From NCBI GenBank assembly GCA_963804995.1, contig CAWDSK010000003.1:1472001-1536000 (forward strand): DNA of 64,000 nt, read 5' to 3'. This document shows positions 10,321 to 19,019 of the stretch, in pieces. This DNA is from an uncultured Acidobacteriota bacterium. GTDB taxonomy: Bacteria; Acidobacteriota; Terriglobia; UBA7540. Below the pieces are notes generated by a model, which made no database searches, was not told the origin of the DNA, and saw only the letters and a program-made list of their open reading frames with translations. Position 1 is the stretch's first letter. The number at the start of each line of letters is the position of its first letter. A program made the translations under genes and the position numbers.

Positions 10321-10480
10321 GGGGGAGTCGCCGCGGCGACCCGTCCCCTGGTTCTGCTGCACCATGCGGAACGCCGGGTAGGGCAACCTGTCCCGACGAA
10401 GTCGGGAGCCCTACCCCTACATCGCGTAGTCGCATTCACCCGTTCGAGCGGCGCCTGAGGTGGTGTGACCCGGAGGTGGC
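10317..10480. repeat. REP-containing direct repeat, copy 1
   Basis: 10365-10480 is highly similar to 11235-11350. Confidence 0.85.
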
Positions 10481-10617
10481 AACGTATCGCAACGGGTCCA
10501 TCTTGAATCATTGGCGAGGACGGAGCTTTCCAACCTGAAAAGCGAAACGCCCGGCATCTTCCGCTGACCTGTTCAACGGAGTTGCTTCGGAGCTGCTTTT
10601 CCCGTATTCTGGGAGCC

Positions 10618-10857
10618 ATGGAAATACATTTCACCCCCGAGCAGGAAGCGCAGCTTGCGCAAATCGCCAGTGATGCAGGCACCGACGCCGAGCAGTTAGC
10701 GAAGGGTGCCGTATTGCGTCTGCTTGCGGGAGATACTGGTTTCCGTGCAGTACCTCCCGGCAGTGTGGTTGCCGAGATGCGTGCGTTACGCGCCCGCGTC
10801 AAACCTGACCCCGAAGGCTGGACAACGCGCGATTACGTCCACTACGGTCGCCGCTAG
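10618..10857 (+). CDS. Putative antitoxin (small protein upstream of PIN toxin)
   Basis: 79 aa (MEIHFTPEQEAQLAQIA...); stop codon abuts the PIN gene start. Confidence 0.6.
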   Translation: MEIHFTPEQEAQLAQIASDAGTDAEQLAKGAVLRLLAGDTGFRAVPPGSVVAEMRALRARVKPDPEGWTTRDYVHYGRR

Positions 10858-11067
10858 ATGCCTCTGGTCGTCGATGCTTCCGTTGCCCTTGCCTGGGCTT
10901 TGCCCGATGAAAGCAGCGCCTATGCCGACGCCGTTTTAGCCGTCGCTGAGCGGGAAGGTTTACGTGTCCCCGAGCTTTGGGCGCGGGAAAGACTGACCCT
11001 TGCCACTCTCGATACGGCGATGCGCAAGGCTGCCGAACAATCCGGGGTGACGATTTTCCGGCAGTAA
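10858..11067 (+). pseudogene. vapC: VapC/PIN toxin with internal deletion
   Basis: VVDASVALAW N-terminus joined to LATLD..AA..GV C-terminus; only 69 aa, with the central YD motif region missing. Confidence 0.7.
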
Positions 11068-11193
11068 GCAGGTAGCTATCACGGTCAATTCGCCTTTGGA
11101 TTTGACCGTCGGTTCGTCGTCGAAGGAAAAGCGCACCTTCACGAAAGTATTGACCGTGGCTACGCGCTATTTGGTGATCGAGTTGCTCAAGGC

Positions 11194-11350
11194 GTAGGGG
11201 GACGGCTCGCCGCCCCCTGGTTCCCCATTCACCTTGCGGAACGCCGGGTAGGGCAACCTGTCCCGGCGAAGTCGGGAGCCCTACCCCTACATCTCGTACT
11301 TGCCTTCACCGGTTCGAACGGCGCCTGAGGCTGTGTGACCCGGAGGTGGC
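11194..11350. repeat. REP-containing direct repeat, copy 2
   Basis: Highly similar to 10317-10480. Confidence 0.85.
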
Positions 11351-11441
11351 CACGGCCAATTCGTCTTGGGAATTGACCGTAGGTTCGTCATCGAAGGAAA
11401 AGCTTACGGCCACATAAGCAGTGACCGTGGCTGCCTGCCGG

Positions 11442-11786
11442 CTACGGTTCATTTAGGAGCGATTGCACTTCGCGGCGCAGGGTGGGCAGATTGGTTTCAA
11501 GGACGCCCCAAACCACTTCATCGGAGACGAAAGCGTAACCATGAATCAGCCGGTTGCGAAAGGCGACGATCCGGCGGCAGTCGCTAACATGCTGAGTGAG
11601 GTCAGGGTACAGGCGGAGGGCTTGATTGAGGGCCTCCCCCATGATTTCGAATTGTCGCTCCACCGCCGATCTCAGAAGAGCGTCCGCAGTATAGTCAGTA
11701 AAGGCTTTACCACGCGTGAACTGAGTGAGCAGGTCACAAGCCTGAGCGATATCGAACAGGTACTTGCGCACTTCAAGCGGCAACAT
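11442..11786 (-). CDS. HepT-like HEPN RNase toxin (DUF86)
   Basis: AVERQFEIMGEA and RNRLIHGY (RxxxxH) motifs. Confidence 0.9.
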   Translation of the reverse strand: MLPLEVRKYLFDIAQACDLLTQFTRGKAFTDYTADALLRSAVERQFEIMGEALNQALRLYPDLTQHVSDCRRIVAFRNRLIHGYAFVSDEVVWGVLETNLPTLRREVQSLLNEP

Positions 11787-12084
11787 AAAGCTGTACCTGG
11801 GTCTTTTCGATCGCCTGCCGAAAATAGGGATTGCGAATCGGGCCGGGTTCAATTAACTCAATGGGCACGCCAAAAAGCCGCTCCAGGTCCTCTTGCAGTC
11901 CAAAGAAATTGTCCGCATGCTGACCAGGACGTACCGGCTGGAACTCGACAAGGAAATCAAGGTCGCTGGACGCGGGGTCGAACCCACCGCTCGCTGCCGA
12001 GCCAAACAGAGCCAGGCGACGCACGCCGCGGTTGTTGCACAGCGCCACCAGATCCTTGAGCTTTTCTTGCACAACCGCCGTCAT
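11773..12084 (-). CDS. MNT minimal nucleotidyltransferase antitoxin
   Basis: LFGSAA..SDLDFLV motif; overlaps the HEPN gene. Confidence 0.9.
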   Translation of the reverse strand: MTAVVQEKLKDLVALCNNRGVRRLALFGSAASGGFDPASSDLDFLVEFQPVRPGQHADNFFGLQEDLERLFGVPIELIEPGPIRNPYFRQAIEKTQVQLYVAA

Positions 12085-12244
12085 CGCTCCCTCTTTCCCT
12101 ATCATACCTCAGTTCGCGGCATGAATATTGTTTTGCCAAGGGTTCGCTGCCAGAAATAACAAACGTGGCGCGGACCTGTTTTGTGAGCCCACGGCACTCG
12201 GGCGTAACCGAACCGAAAGCCGCAGAGCTTGAAATGCGGCTCTG

Positions 12245-13690
12245 ATGTTATGAAAGCGGCGATGCCTCCTCGGGTGCCGCTAAACTGGAGGTGGTCCAGT
12301 TTAGCGGGCCCTCGGGTTCAGACCGAGAGTTTTGCATCGAGGAGACAAAGCGATGAAGAAGAGTATAACGCCCATTGGAACGCCGGTGGGAGTGGATGTT
12401 CACAAGCGTCGTTGCCAGGTGGTGGAGCTTGATCACGGAGAGATTAAGGCACGGAAGTCGATCGCCAACACGCGGGAGGAGTGGCTGGAGATGTTGACGG
12501 AACTTCCTCCCGACGCCGAGATCGGCCTGGAGGTGAGCACGGCAGGCTACTTTGCCATGAGCGTGCTGGAAGAGGCGGGGTGGCGAGGGCGCGCGCACTG
12601 GGTGCACACGGCGGGGATCGACAGCAACCGCCGGCAGAAGAATGATCGTTTAGATGCCGAGCGGCTGGCGCGCAAGCTCGCCGCGCACCATCTGGATCCA
12701 CTGCCGGAGGCGTGGTTTCCGCCGCCGGAGATTCGCGCCCTGCGTCTGCGCGCACGCCAGCGCTGCTGGTTGGCCCTGCTGCGCACCAAAGCCAAGAATC
12801 ACCTGCAAAGCTTGCTGGGGATGCATGGCTTGCAGGCGCCGGGGACCGACCCGTTCGGAGCGGCCGGGGAGAAGTGGCTGGCGGAACAGACCTTGCCGAT
12901 GCCCTTGGGCGAAAGCATCCCTCAGATCCAACGCCTGCTGCAGTTCCTGGAGGAGGAGATCGGAATCAGTGAGAAGTACTTGCAGGCGGTGGACGGACAA
13001 TTCCCCGAGTTGGCGCTGCTGCGCACAATCCCCAGCATCGGCCCCATCCTGTCCCCGGTGATTTGGAGTGAGATCGGCACGATCGAGCGGTTTCGTTCCG
13101 CCAAGGCCTTGGCCAACGCTACGGGGCTCGTCTCCAGCTTTTACGACAGCGGGGAAGTGAAGGTGTCGGGTCCCATCACCCGCCAGGGATCGCGCTGGCT
13201 GCGCTGGGCCTTCGTCACCGCCGCCCATGTCGCGATTCCATACCCCCATCCTTTCGCGCGGCGCTACCACCGCCTGCGCCGCAGCAAGAAACCCAACGTG
13301 GCCAAGGCCGCCATCGCGCACTCCTTGGCGCGTTGTGCGTATGGAGTTTTGAAGCACGGCTGCCCTTATCGGGAAGACCGTTGGGGCCGCCAAGTCGGCG
13401 TACTGGAGCAGGAAGCCCGTGCTGGCGCTAGGTACACCAAGACCGCGCTCTGATAGGGACCTGCTCCCGAACAACCTCATGGGGACCAGGACAACCTGGC
13501 TAGCCCGTAGAGATGAAAGGGACCGAACCGACTCAGCAAACTCGCATGGCAAGAGCAAGAACCCAACGCCCACGGGGCCGTGCTTCATCCCCGGCAGGCG
13601 GCGGGGAGCCAACCCTCCCCGCCCCCCGGGCTCTACATAAAGGAGGAACGACTATAACTTGGAATAATTCTATAAGATAATACGTACAGA
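12245..13690 (+). mobile_element. IS110-family element (ends approximate)
   Basis: Transposase with structured non-coding flanks; 13-bp perfect stem at 12277-12307. Confidence 0.65.
12353..13453 (+). CDS. IS110-family recombinase/transposase
   Basis: RuvC-like DEDD (GVDVHK, LEVST, KNDRLDA); C-terminal IPSIG and GLVSSFYDSG with the catalytic Ser. Confidence 0.93.
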   Translation: MKKSITPIGTPVGVDVHKRRCQVVELDHGEIKARKSIANTREEWLEMLTELPPDAEIGLEVSTAGYFAMSVLEEAGWRGRAHWVHTAGIDSNRRQKNDRLDAERLARKLAAHHLDPLPEAWFPPPEIRALRLRARQRCWLALLRTKAKNHLQSLLGMHGLQAPGTDPFGAAGEKWLAEQTLPMPLGESIPQIQRLLQFLEEEIGISEKYLQAVDGQFPELALLRTIPSIGPILSPVIWSEIGTIERFRSAKALANATGLVSSFYDSGEVKVSGPITRQGSRWLRWAFVTAAHVAIPYPHPFARRYHRLRRSKKPNVAKAAIAHSLARCAYGVLKHGCPYREDRWGRQVGVLEQEARAGARYTKTAL

Positions 13691-14004
13691 ATGGCAGCCG
13701 ACGGCGAAGTCGGCAACCCGCCACTTTGCCGATGGGGTCCGGCGCGTTTTTCAGGCATGGGGAAGCTGTGCCCAGAGCTTGGGAGGGGGGCGACCGCAGG
13801 CCGCCCCGGCGTCGTTTCCATCAGCCTCCGACCGGCTATTCCTCAGCGGGTTGCTCGCCAGCAGAGCCCGCCTCCGCTTCACCGGCTGCAGGCCATTCTG
13901 AAGTCGAAGGGGGAAGTTTGTCAAAGGCAATTAAGAAATTCAAAAAATCGGCTTGACACGGCATCGCGGTTTCAGAGATGCGCCAGCCCGCCAGCAGAAA
14001 GTTC

Positions 14005-14033
14005 TTGACAGTAACAAACGTAAGTAGTAGGTT
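14005..14033 (+). promoter_or_regulatory. Promoter of blaI-like operon with possible BlaI-type operator in the spacer
   Basis: TTGACA-17-TAGGTT; spacer AACAaaCGTA resembles TACAnnTGTA. Confidence 0.55.
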
Positions 14034-14054
14034 CACACACGGAGATAGTAGGGT

Positions 14055-14441
14055 ATGGCGCTACCTAAGTTGACAAGACTGGAATTGCAGATCATGGAAG
14101 CCCTCTGGGATCGGGACCGGGCCTCGATCCGGGAGATTCAGGAAACATTTCCTGCCAACGATAGGCCCGCGTATACGACCGTACAGACCACCGTGTACCG
14201 CTTGGAAGCCAAAAAAGCGGTCCGCCGAGTCAGGAAGATCAGCAACGCACACATCTTTGAAGCCGTGGTATCGCGCAACGCAGCGCAACGCAGACTCATC
14301 GATGATCTGCTGGGATTGTTTGGCGGTCGGACACAGCCGATCATGGCGCACCTGATCGAATCCGGCAAGCTCACCCTCGACGATGTCCGGGAAGCGGAGA
14401 GATATCTCCGCGCACTTGCGAGGAAGGGCGAATCGCGATGA
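14055..14441 (+). CDS. BlaI/MecI/CopY-family repressor
   Basis: ELQIMEALW, PAYTTVQT and RLEAK motifs. Confidence 0.92.
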   Translation: MALPKLTRLELQIMEALWDRDRASIREIQETFPANDRPAYTTVQTTVYRLEAKKAVRRVRKISNAHIFEAVVSRNAAQRRLIDDLLGLFGGRTQPIMAHLIESGKLTLDDVREAERYLRALARKGESR

Positions 14442-16145
14442 TCAATGCACTCTCGTCGGTGACGTGGATGGTCCTGGGGCCCTTCGCCAACCATCTTTGG
14501 CAATCGACTCTTTGTGCTGTCGTGGCAGGTCTGGTGACCCTCGCACTAAGAAGCAACCGCGCCCAGGTTCGTTACTGGCTCTGGCTCATTGCAACCGTCA
14601 AGTTCCTAGTACCCTTTGCGTTGTTGATTTGGGTCGCCAGCCACCTGGCGTTCCGCTCCGCTCCCACAGTCCCGCAACCTGGCCTGTCCTTTGCGGTGCA
14701 AGAGATCACCCAACCTTTCGCCTCACCCGTTGCTCCATCCCCGGGTGCTCAATCCGCTCCCGACCAGGTCGCGGTTAATCCGATTCGGGCCCTTTTATTG
14801 GTTGTGTGGTTTTGTGGATGCGTCGCTGTCCTATTTAACTTGTGCGTGCGTTGGCGGCGGGTCAATACAGCGGTCAAAGCAAGTCTTCCATTGCAGGAAG
14901 GCCGTGAAGTCGAGGCCCTTCATCGTTTTCGTTCGACCGCCGGAATACAGAACAAAATCGACCTGCGGTCCTCTCCCGCACATTTGGAGCCTGGGGTCCT
15001 CGGAATCTGGCGACCAGTTTTGCTCCTGCCCGCAGGCATCTCAGAGCGCTTGGCGGATGACCAGTTGGAGGCAATTATCGGACACGAGGCCTGTCATGTC
15101 CGCCGTCGCGACAACTTGGCCTCAGCAGTTCAGATGGCAGTGGGAGCCATCTTCTGGTTCTACCCTTTAGTGTGGTGGATGGGAAGGCGTCTTATTGACG
15201 AACGAGAGCGTGCCTGCGACGAAGAGGTGTTGCGACTGGGCTGCAAACCGCAGGTATACGCTGAAAGCATCCTGCACGTCTGCAAGTACTACCTGGAGTC
15301 ACCCCTGGTCTGTGTGGCCGGGGTAACTGGCTCAGATCTTAAGAAGCGTATGGAGAGAATTATGAATCATCGTGTCCCGAAGAAGCTGGATTTTGCGCGA
15401 AAGCTATTGCTCGTTGCCGTCGGGACAGCACTGTTTGCCGTCGTGATGGCTTGTACTAACCAGTTCCGTGACGAGTTTTCTGGGAAGTTAAAACCGGGTT
15501 GGCAATGGATCGACCCCCGAGGCGATAGTTCGATGAGCCTGGACGCACGCGACGGATTCCTGCGAATCACAGTCACCGGTTATCACGATCTATGGCCGGC
15601 GAATCGCAACTTTAACGCCCCCAGACTAATGCGTAAGGTAGAGGGAGATTTCATAATAGAGACGAAGATAGCTGGCCCGAGCCGCTGGTGTGGGGGCCTT
15701 CTAGTGTGGAAAGATGAGAACAATTACGTGCGGTTTGATCGCGGGATTCATTTTAGGAACGAATTGAGCCTCGAGAGTGCTATCAATGGAAAGTTTAAGT
15801 CCCTGGCCCGCGATTATGCAGCCGGTGATCCTACGTGGTTGCGCGTGGCACGCAAGGGATCAACGTTCACAGCAGCCTACAGTTTTAATGGTGTCGAGTG
15901 GCTGCCGCTGAAACGCCTCTGGACCTTGTTTGGGTTTAAAAAACAGCCCCCGGCAGGTCGAGGACGGCCGGAGCATGTTAGCAGAGGAAGATCTCATCTT
16001 TGAGCCGGGTGTGAGTTCCACTGAAATGACTGCAGACGGTCCCCTCCTGGTCGGTGTCAGCGGGCTCGTCCCCGCGGTTGCCCCCCCGATAGGGCTGAAG
16101 CAGACGGTGACGGACTACGATTACTTCGCGATTCTCAAACCGTGA
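14438..16145 (+). CDS. BlaR1-like M56 peptidase with C-terminal ConA/DUF1349-like beta-sandwich; +1 frameshift near 15940
   Basis: NHLWQS, HEACH and ERERACDE motifs; the C-terminal domain continues in ORF 15930-16145 after an A run. Confidence 0.85.
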
Positions 16146-16230
16146 TCTCGGGTGTGGGGTTACCTAAACGGTGTGTCTACTGCTTTCGCACTTTTTCTGG
16201 TATCTCCGTTTGGGGCGCAGACTTTGATTC

Positions 16231-16353
16231 GAAGCCGTGAGGTAATAGACCCTTCTCACCAAAGAGGCGCGGAGGCACGGATATTTGAAGAGCGAAGGCC
16301 TTTTCTCTGTGTCTCCGCGCCTCTGCGTTTGAGATAGCAATCCCTCACAGCTT
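16231..16353. repeat. Inverted-repeat element (gaagccgtga...tcacagctt) with internal palindrome
   Basis: Same end type as 9826-9959. Confidence 0.55.
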
Positions 16354-16404
16354 GAAAAACCCGAGAGCCGTCATTTGCCCGACCTGTTCCCCACGGAAGC
16401 GGAG

Positions 16405-16719
16405 TTACATGTGGGTATCGCTTGCGCCTGCGGCCTTGAGGGTTTGGATAAAGTCCTCCGCCGGGGCGAAATCAATCCCGCGCTGCTCGATCAGCTTGGC
16501 GCCCGACTCGTCTCCGAATCCGTCCCGCACGATGTTACTGACCTGCTCCTGGGTAAAAGGCTTTGCCGGGCTGGAGATCGCTGTCGTAGCGCTGACCTTG
16601 AGGTCAGCACATGCCGACCTGAAGGTCGGCGCTACAATTTTCTGGTGCGCCCTCAGGGGCAGCGTCAGAATCATGGGTATGACGAGGATGAGCAGGAATA
16701 ATCGGGGCCGCATCGGCAC
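16405..16719 (-). pseudogene. Truncated secreted protein with an in-frame REP insertion
   Basis: Signal peptide, then a REP-derived stretch (16586-16635), then KPFTQEQV..RGIDF..LKAAGA and an early stop. Confidence 0.5.
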
Positions 16720-17097
16720 CTCCCGAAAGCGGGAATCGAACGACGTGTGGGCATTCTACCACGGGAGGTTCACGCATTCTGATTCCTGCACCAGGGCTCC
16801 GCCAGACAGGTTGAAGAGACCCCTCACTCGCCCTCCTACGTCGGGCACGAAGGAAGACTGCAGGATGCGGAGAGAGTGTATGCAAATTTGGAAGCGGAGA
16901 TCGATCGCCTCAAGCCGGAGATGGAATCCCTGGTGAGCGGCGGAATGGCTTCCGGCTCCTTGGTGCTGCATGGCGTCGGGCATTCATAGACCGCGCTTCC
17001 CCGCCCCGCCCGCCCTTCACCTCACAAGTGAGGGGCCCGGCTGAGGGCCAACACTCTTCACTTGGTTGTTGTCACGGATTAGGAAATCTAATTGCGG

Positions 17098-17224
17098 GCG
17101 AAGCCCGCTTTGGACTGCGGTAGCAGCAGCTACCGCTTTGCTTTCCACTCGCCTTGCACATTTGCCGTATGGACTGAAAGCGGAAGGCGGTAGCTGCTGC
17201 GACCGCAGTCCAAAGCGCTTCGCG
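17098..17224. repeat. REP-like palindrome (ttggactgcggt...accgcagtccaa)
   Basis: Long imperfect inverted repeat downstream of the operon. Confidence 0.75.
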
Positions 17225-17266
17225 CAGGTCCAGAGCAAAACGCGCGTTGAGTGAAAAGTAGGGGGC

Positions 17267-18076
17267 TCAGGGCTTGGCCAGCTTCTTCTCCAGTTGCCGG
17301 GCCTGGGCGTTAAGATCGCTCAACTGGCGAAGGTCATCGTCCGCCAGGGAGATGATGTTTTGGATGCGGGCCAAAGCCTCGCTGTTGAAGCCGCCGGGAT
17401 TCGGATTGCGGCTTGAATCCAGCATGCCGCTCATGGCGGTGAACTGACTGGTAATATCCCGATAGCGGCGCATGATCGAGGTCAAATAGACCTCGCGACG
17501 CTGATCCACGTCTTGCAGGCTCGAGGCCGCGCGGCGAAATTCAGCGGTGTGGTCAGAACCCTCCGGGTTTTCGCCCCGCAACTTGGCTCTCTCCGCCTCC
17601 AGAGCTGCCACGCGCTCCCGTGATGCCTGTACGTCAGCTTGCGCGGTGTCGAGTTCCTTTTGCAAGGCGTCGAGGCGGCCCTGCCAATCGGCTTGCAGCT
17701 TCCGATCATGCTCCTCGGCACTGGCAAGCGCCTTCGTGTGTTCTGCTGTAGAGGCAGCCAGTTGAGTTTGGAGCCCGGTAATCTCAGTACGTGCTTCGCC
17801 GAGGTCATTGGTGAGTTGTTGGATCGTAGCGTCACGCTTGGCGAGCATCGCGCCTTCATTACCATCCGGAGTCAGCGTTTCCGTCGATACGGGCGCCTGC
17901 TGAAGCTCGTGTTGCCGCAAGGTCTCCCGAAGCTCACCCAGGGATTTTGCATCCGCCTCGTGCTGACGCCGCAAGCTCGAGAGTTGTCGCCACTGAAAGA
18001 AGTCCACCCCCGCCGCACCCAACAGGGCAAGGGCCAGAACCAGGATAAGGTTGAGTTGCAATCGCCAGGGCCGCAT
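17267..18076 (-). CDS. Membrane-anchored long coiled-coil protein
   Basis: N-terminal hydrophobic helix followed by about 230 aa of heptad-like Q/E/L/R/A-rich sequence. Confidence 0.8.
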   Translation of the reverse strand: MRPWRLQLNLILVLALALLGAAGVDFFQWRQLSSLRRQHEADAKSLGELRETLRQHELQQAPVSTETLTPDGNEGAMLAKRDATIQQLTNDLGEARTEITGLQTQLAASTAEHTKALASAEEHDRKLQADWQGRLDALQKELDTAQADVQASRERVAALEAERAKLRGENPEGSDHTAEFRRAASSLQDVDQRREVYLTSIMRRYRDITSQFTAMSGMLDSSRNPNPGGFNSEALARIQNIISLADDDLRQLSDLNAQARQLEKKLAKP

Positions 18077-18080
18077 GGGC

Positions 18081-19019
18081 TTATCCTCCTTTCGGATGGA
18101 AGCGCGTACGCCAGGAGAGGCGCAGATCTGTGTCATGGCATGGAGCGCTTAAATGGATTTGGGCGTTGTAGAAAAGCTTGGGGGGCAGCTCCAGGGTTAC
18201 CCTCCAAGCGCTCGATATTCGCGCGAACGTGGCAGCGATCGCATCCGGAATTTCGCCCACGGACCGGCAGATGCTGGCTCTGCCGCCCGTAGCGTCAGCC
18301 AGCGTCTCCAGACCATTTTGGTAGATGAGGTTGAGGCGATCCTGCCGGTAATTGAGATGAACCACAAACAGTGGCGCCTCAAGCGAGCCCTCATCCTGCA
18401 CGAGCTTCGCGATCTTCTCCTGCACCAGCGACCCGGGAAAGCGCCGGCTGAGATCATGGGGATCACTCTGATTGATGACGGGATTCGTGTAGTCCTCACG
18501 ATACCTGTAGATACTGCCGTCGGTAACGTAGAGGACGGCGACGCGCACGGGAGCCTTGCGCAGTAGCGCGTCCGCAAGCGAAAGCGCCTCCGGCACGGTT
18601 TCCAGCAATCCCGGCTCACCATTATTGGGAAGAGCATGCAGGGCGTCGAGCAACGGCTGGCGATTCGCCCCGGGGTCGGCCAATACGTGCAGCCCATCCT
18701 GGTCACGCAGGAGGCCCACCCAGGCGTTCTGAGGCAACTTGGAGATTTGCGCAGTGACCGCTTGCTTGGCGGCATCGATCAGCGAAAGGTCACCCGTGAG
18801 GTCGAAGATCACCAGAATGATTTGATCGCTGGTTGGACCTAGCTGCTCCGTGACGGGCACCGCCTTGCCGTTCAAGGTGGCCTCGAACTTCGCCGCAGGC
18901 TCGCAATCATTTCCCTCCACCCAGGCCGGAATGGAAATACTGGCCGCTTGGGCGTAGACGGCGGTTGGCATGGAAAGCGCCAAGAGTAGAGCCGCGAGAA
19001 AGACACCGAAGCGAGACAT
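18081..19019 (-). CDS. Secreted VWA-like domain protein
   Basis: Signal peptide; ILVIFDLTGD, VLYVTDG and LETLADATGG (degenerate MIDAS). Confidence 0.75.
   Translation of the reverse strand: MSRFGVFLAALLLALSMPTAVYAQAASISIPAWVEGNDCEPAAKFEATLNGKAVPVTEQLGPTSDQIILVIFDLTGDLSLIDAAKQAVTAQISKLPQNAWVGLLRDQDGLHVLADPGANRQPLLDALHALPNNGEPGLLETVPEALSLADALLRKAPVRVAVLYVTDGSIYRYREDYTNPVINQSDPHDLSRRFPGSLVQEKIAKLVQDEGSLEAPLFVVHLNYRQDRLNLIYQNGLETLADATGGRASICRSVGEIPDAIAATFARISSAWRVTLELPPKLFYNAQIHLSAPCHDTDLRLSWRTRFHPKGG

Noticed and set aside
10317..11430. Integron attC array
   Set aside because: No integron integrase in the window and no clear RYYYAAC..GTTRRRY boxes in the repeats.
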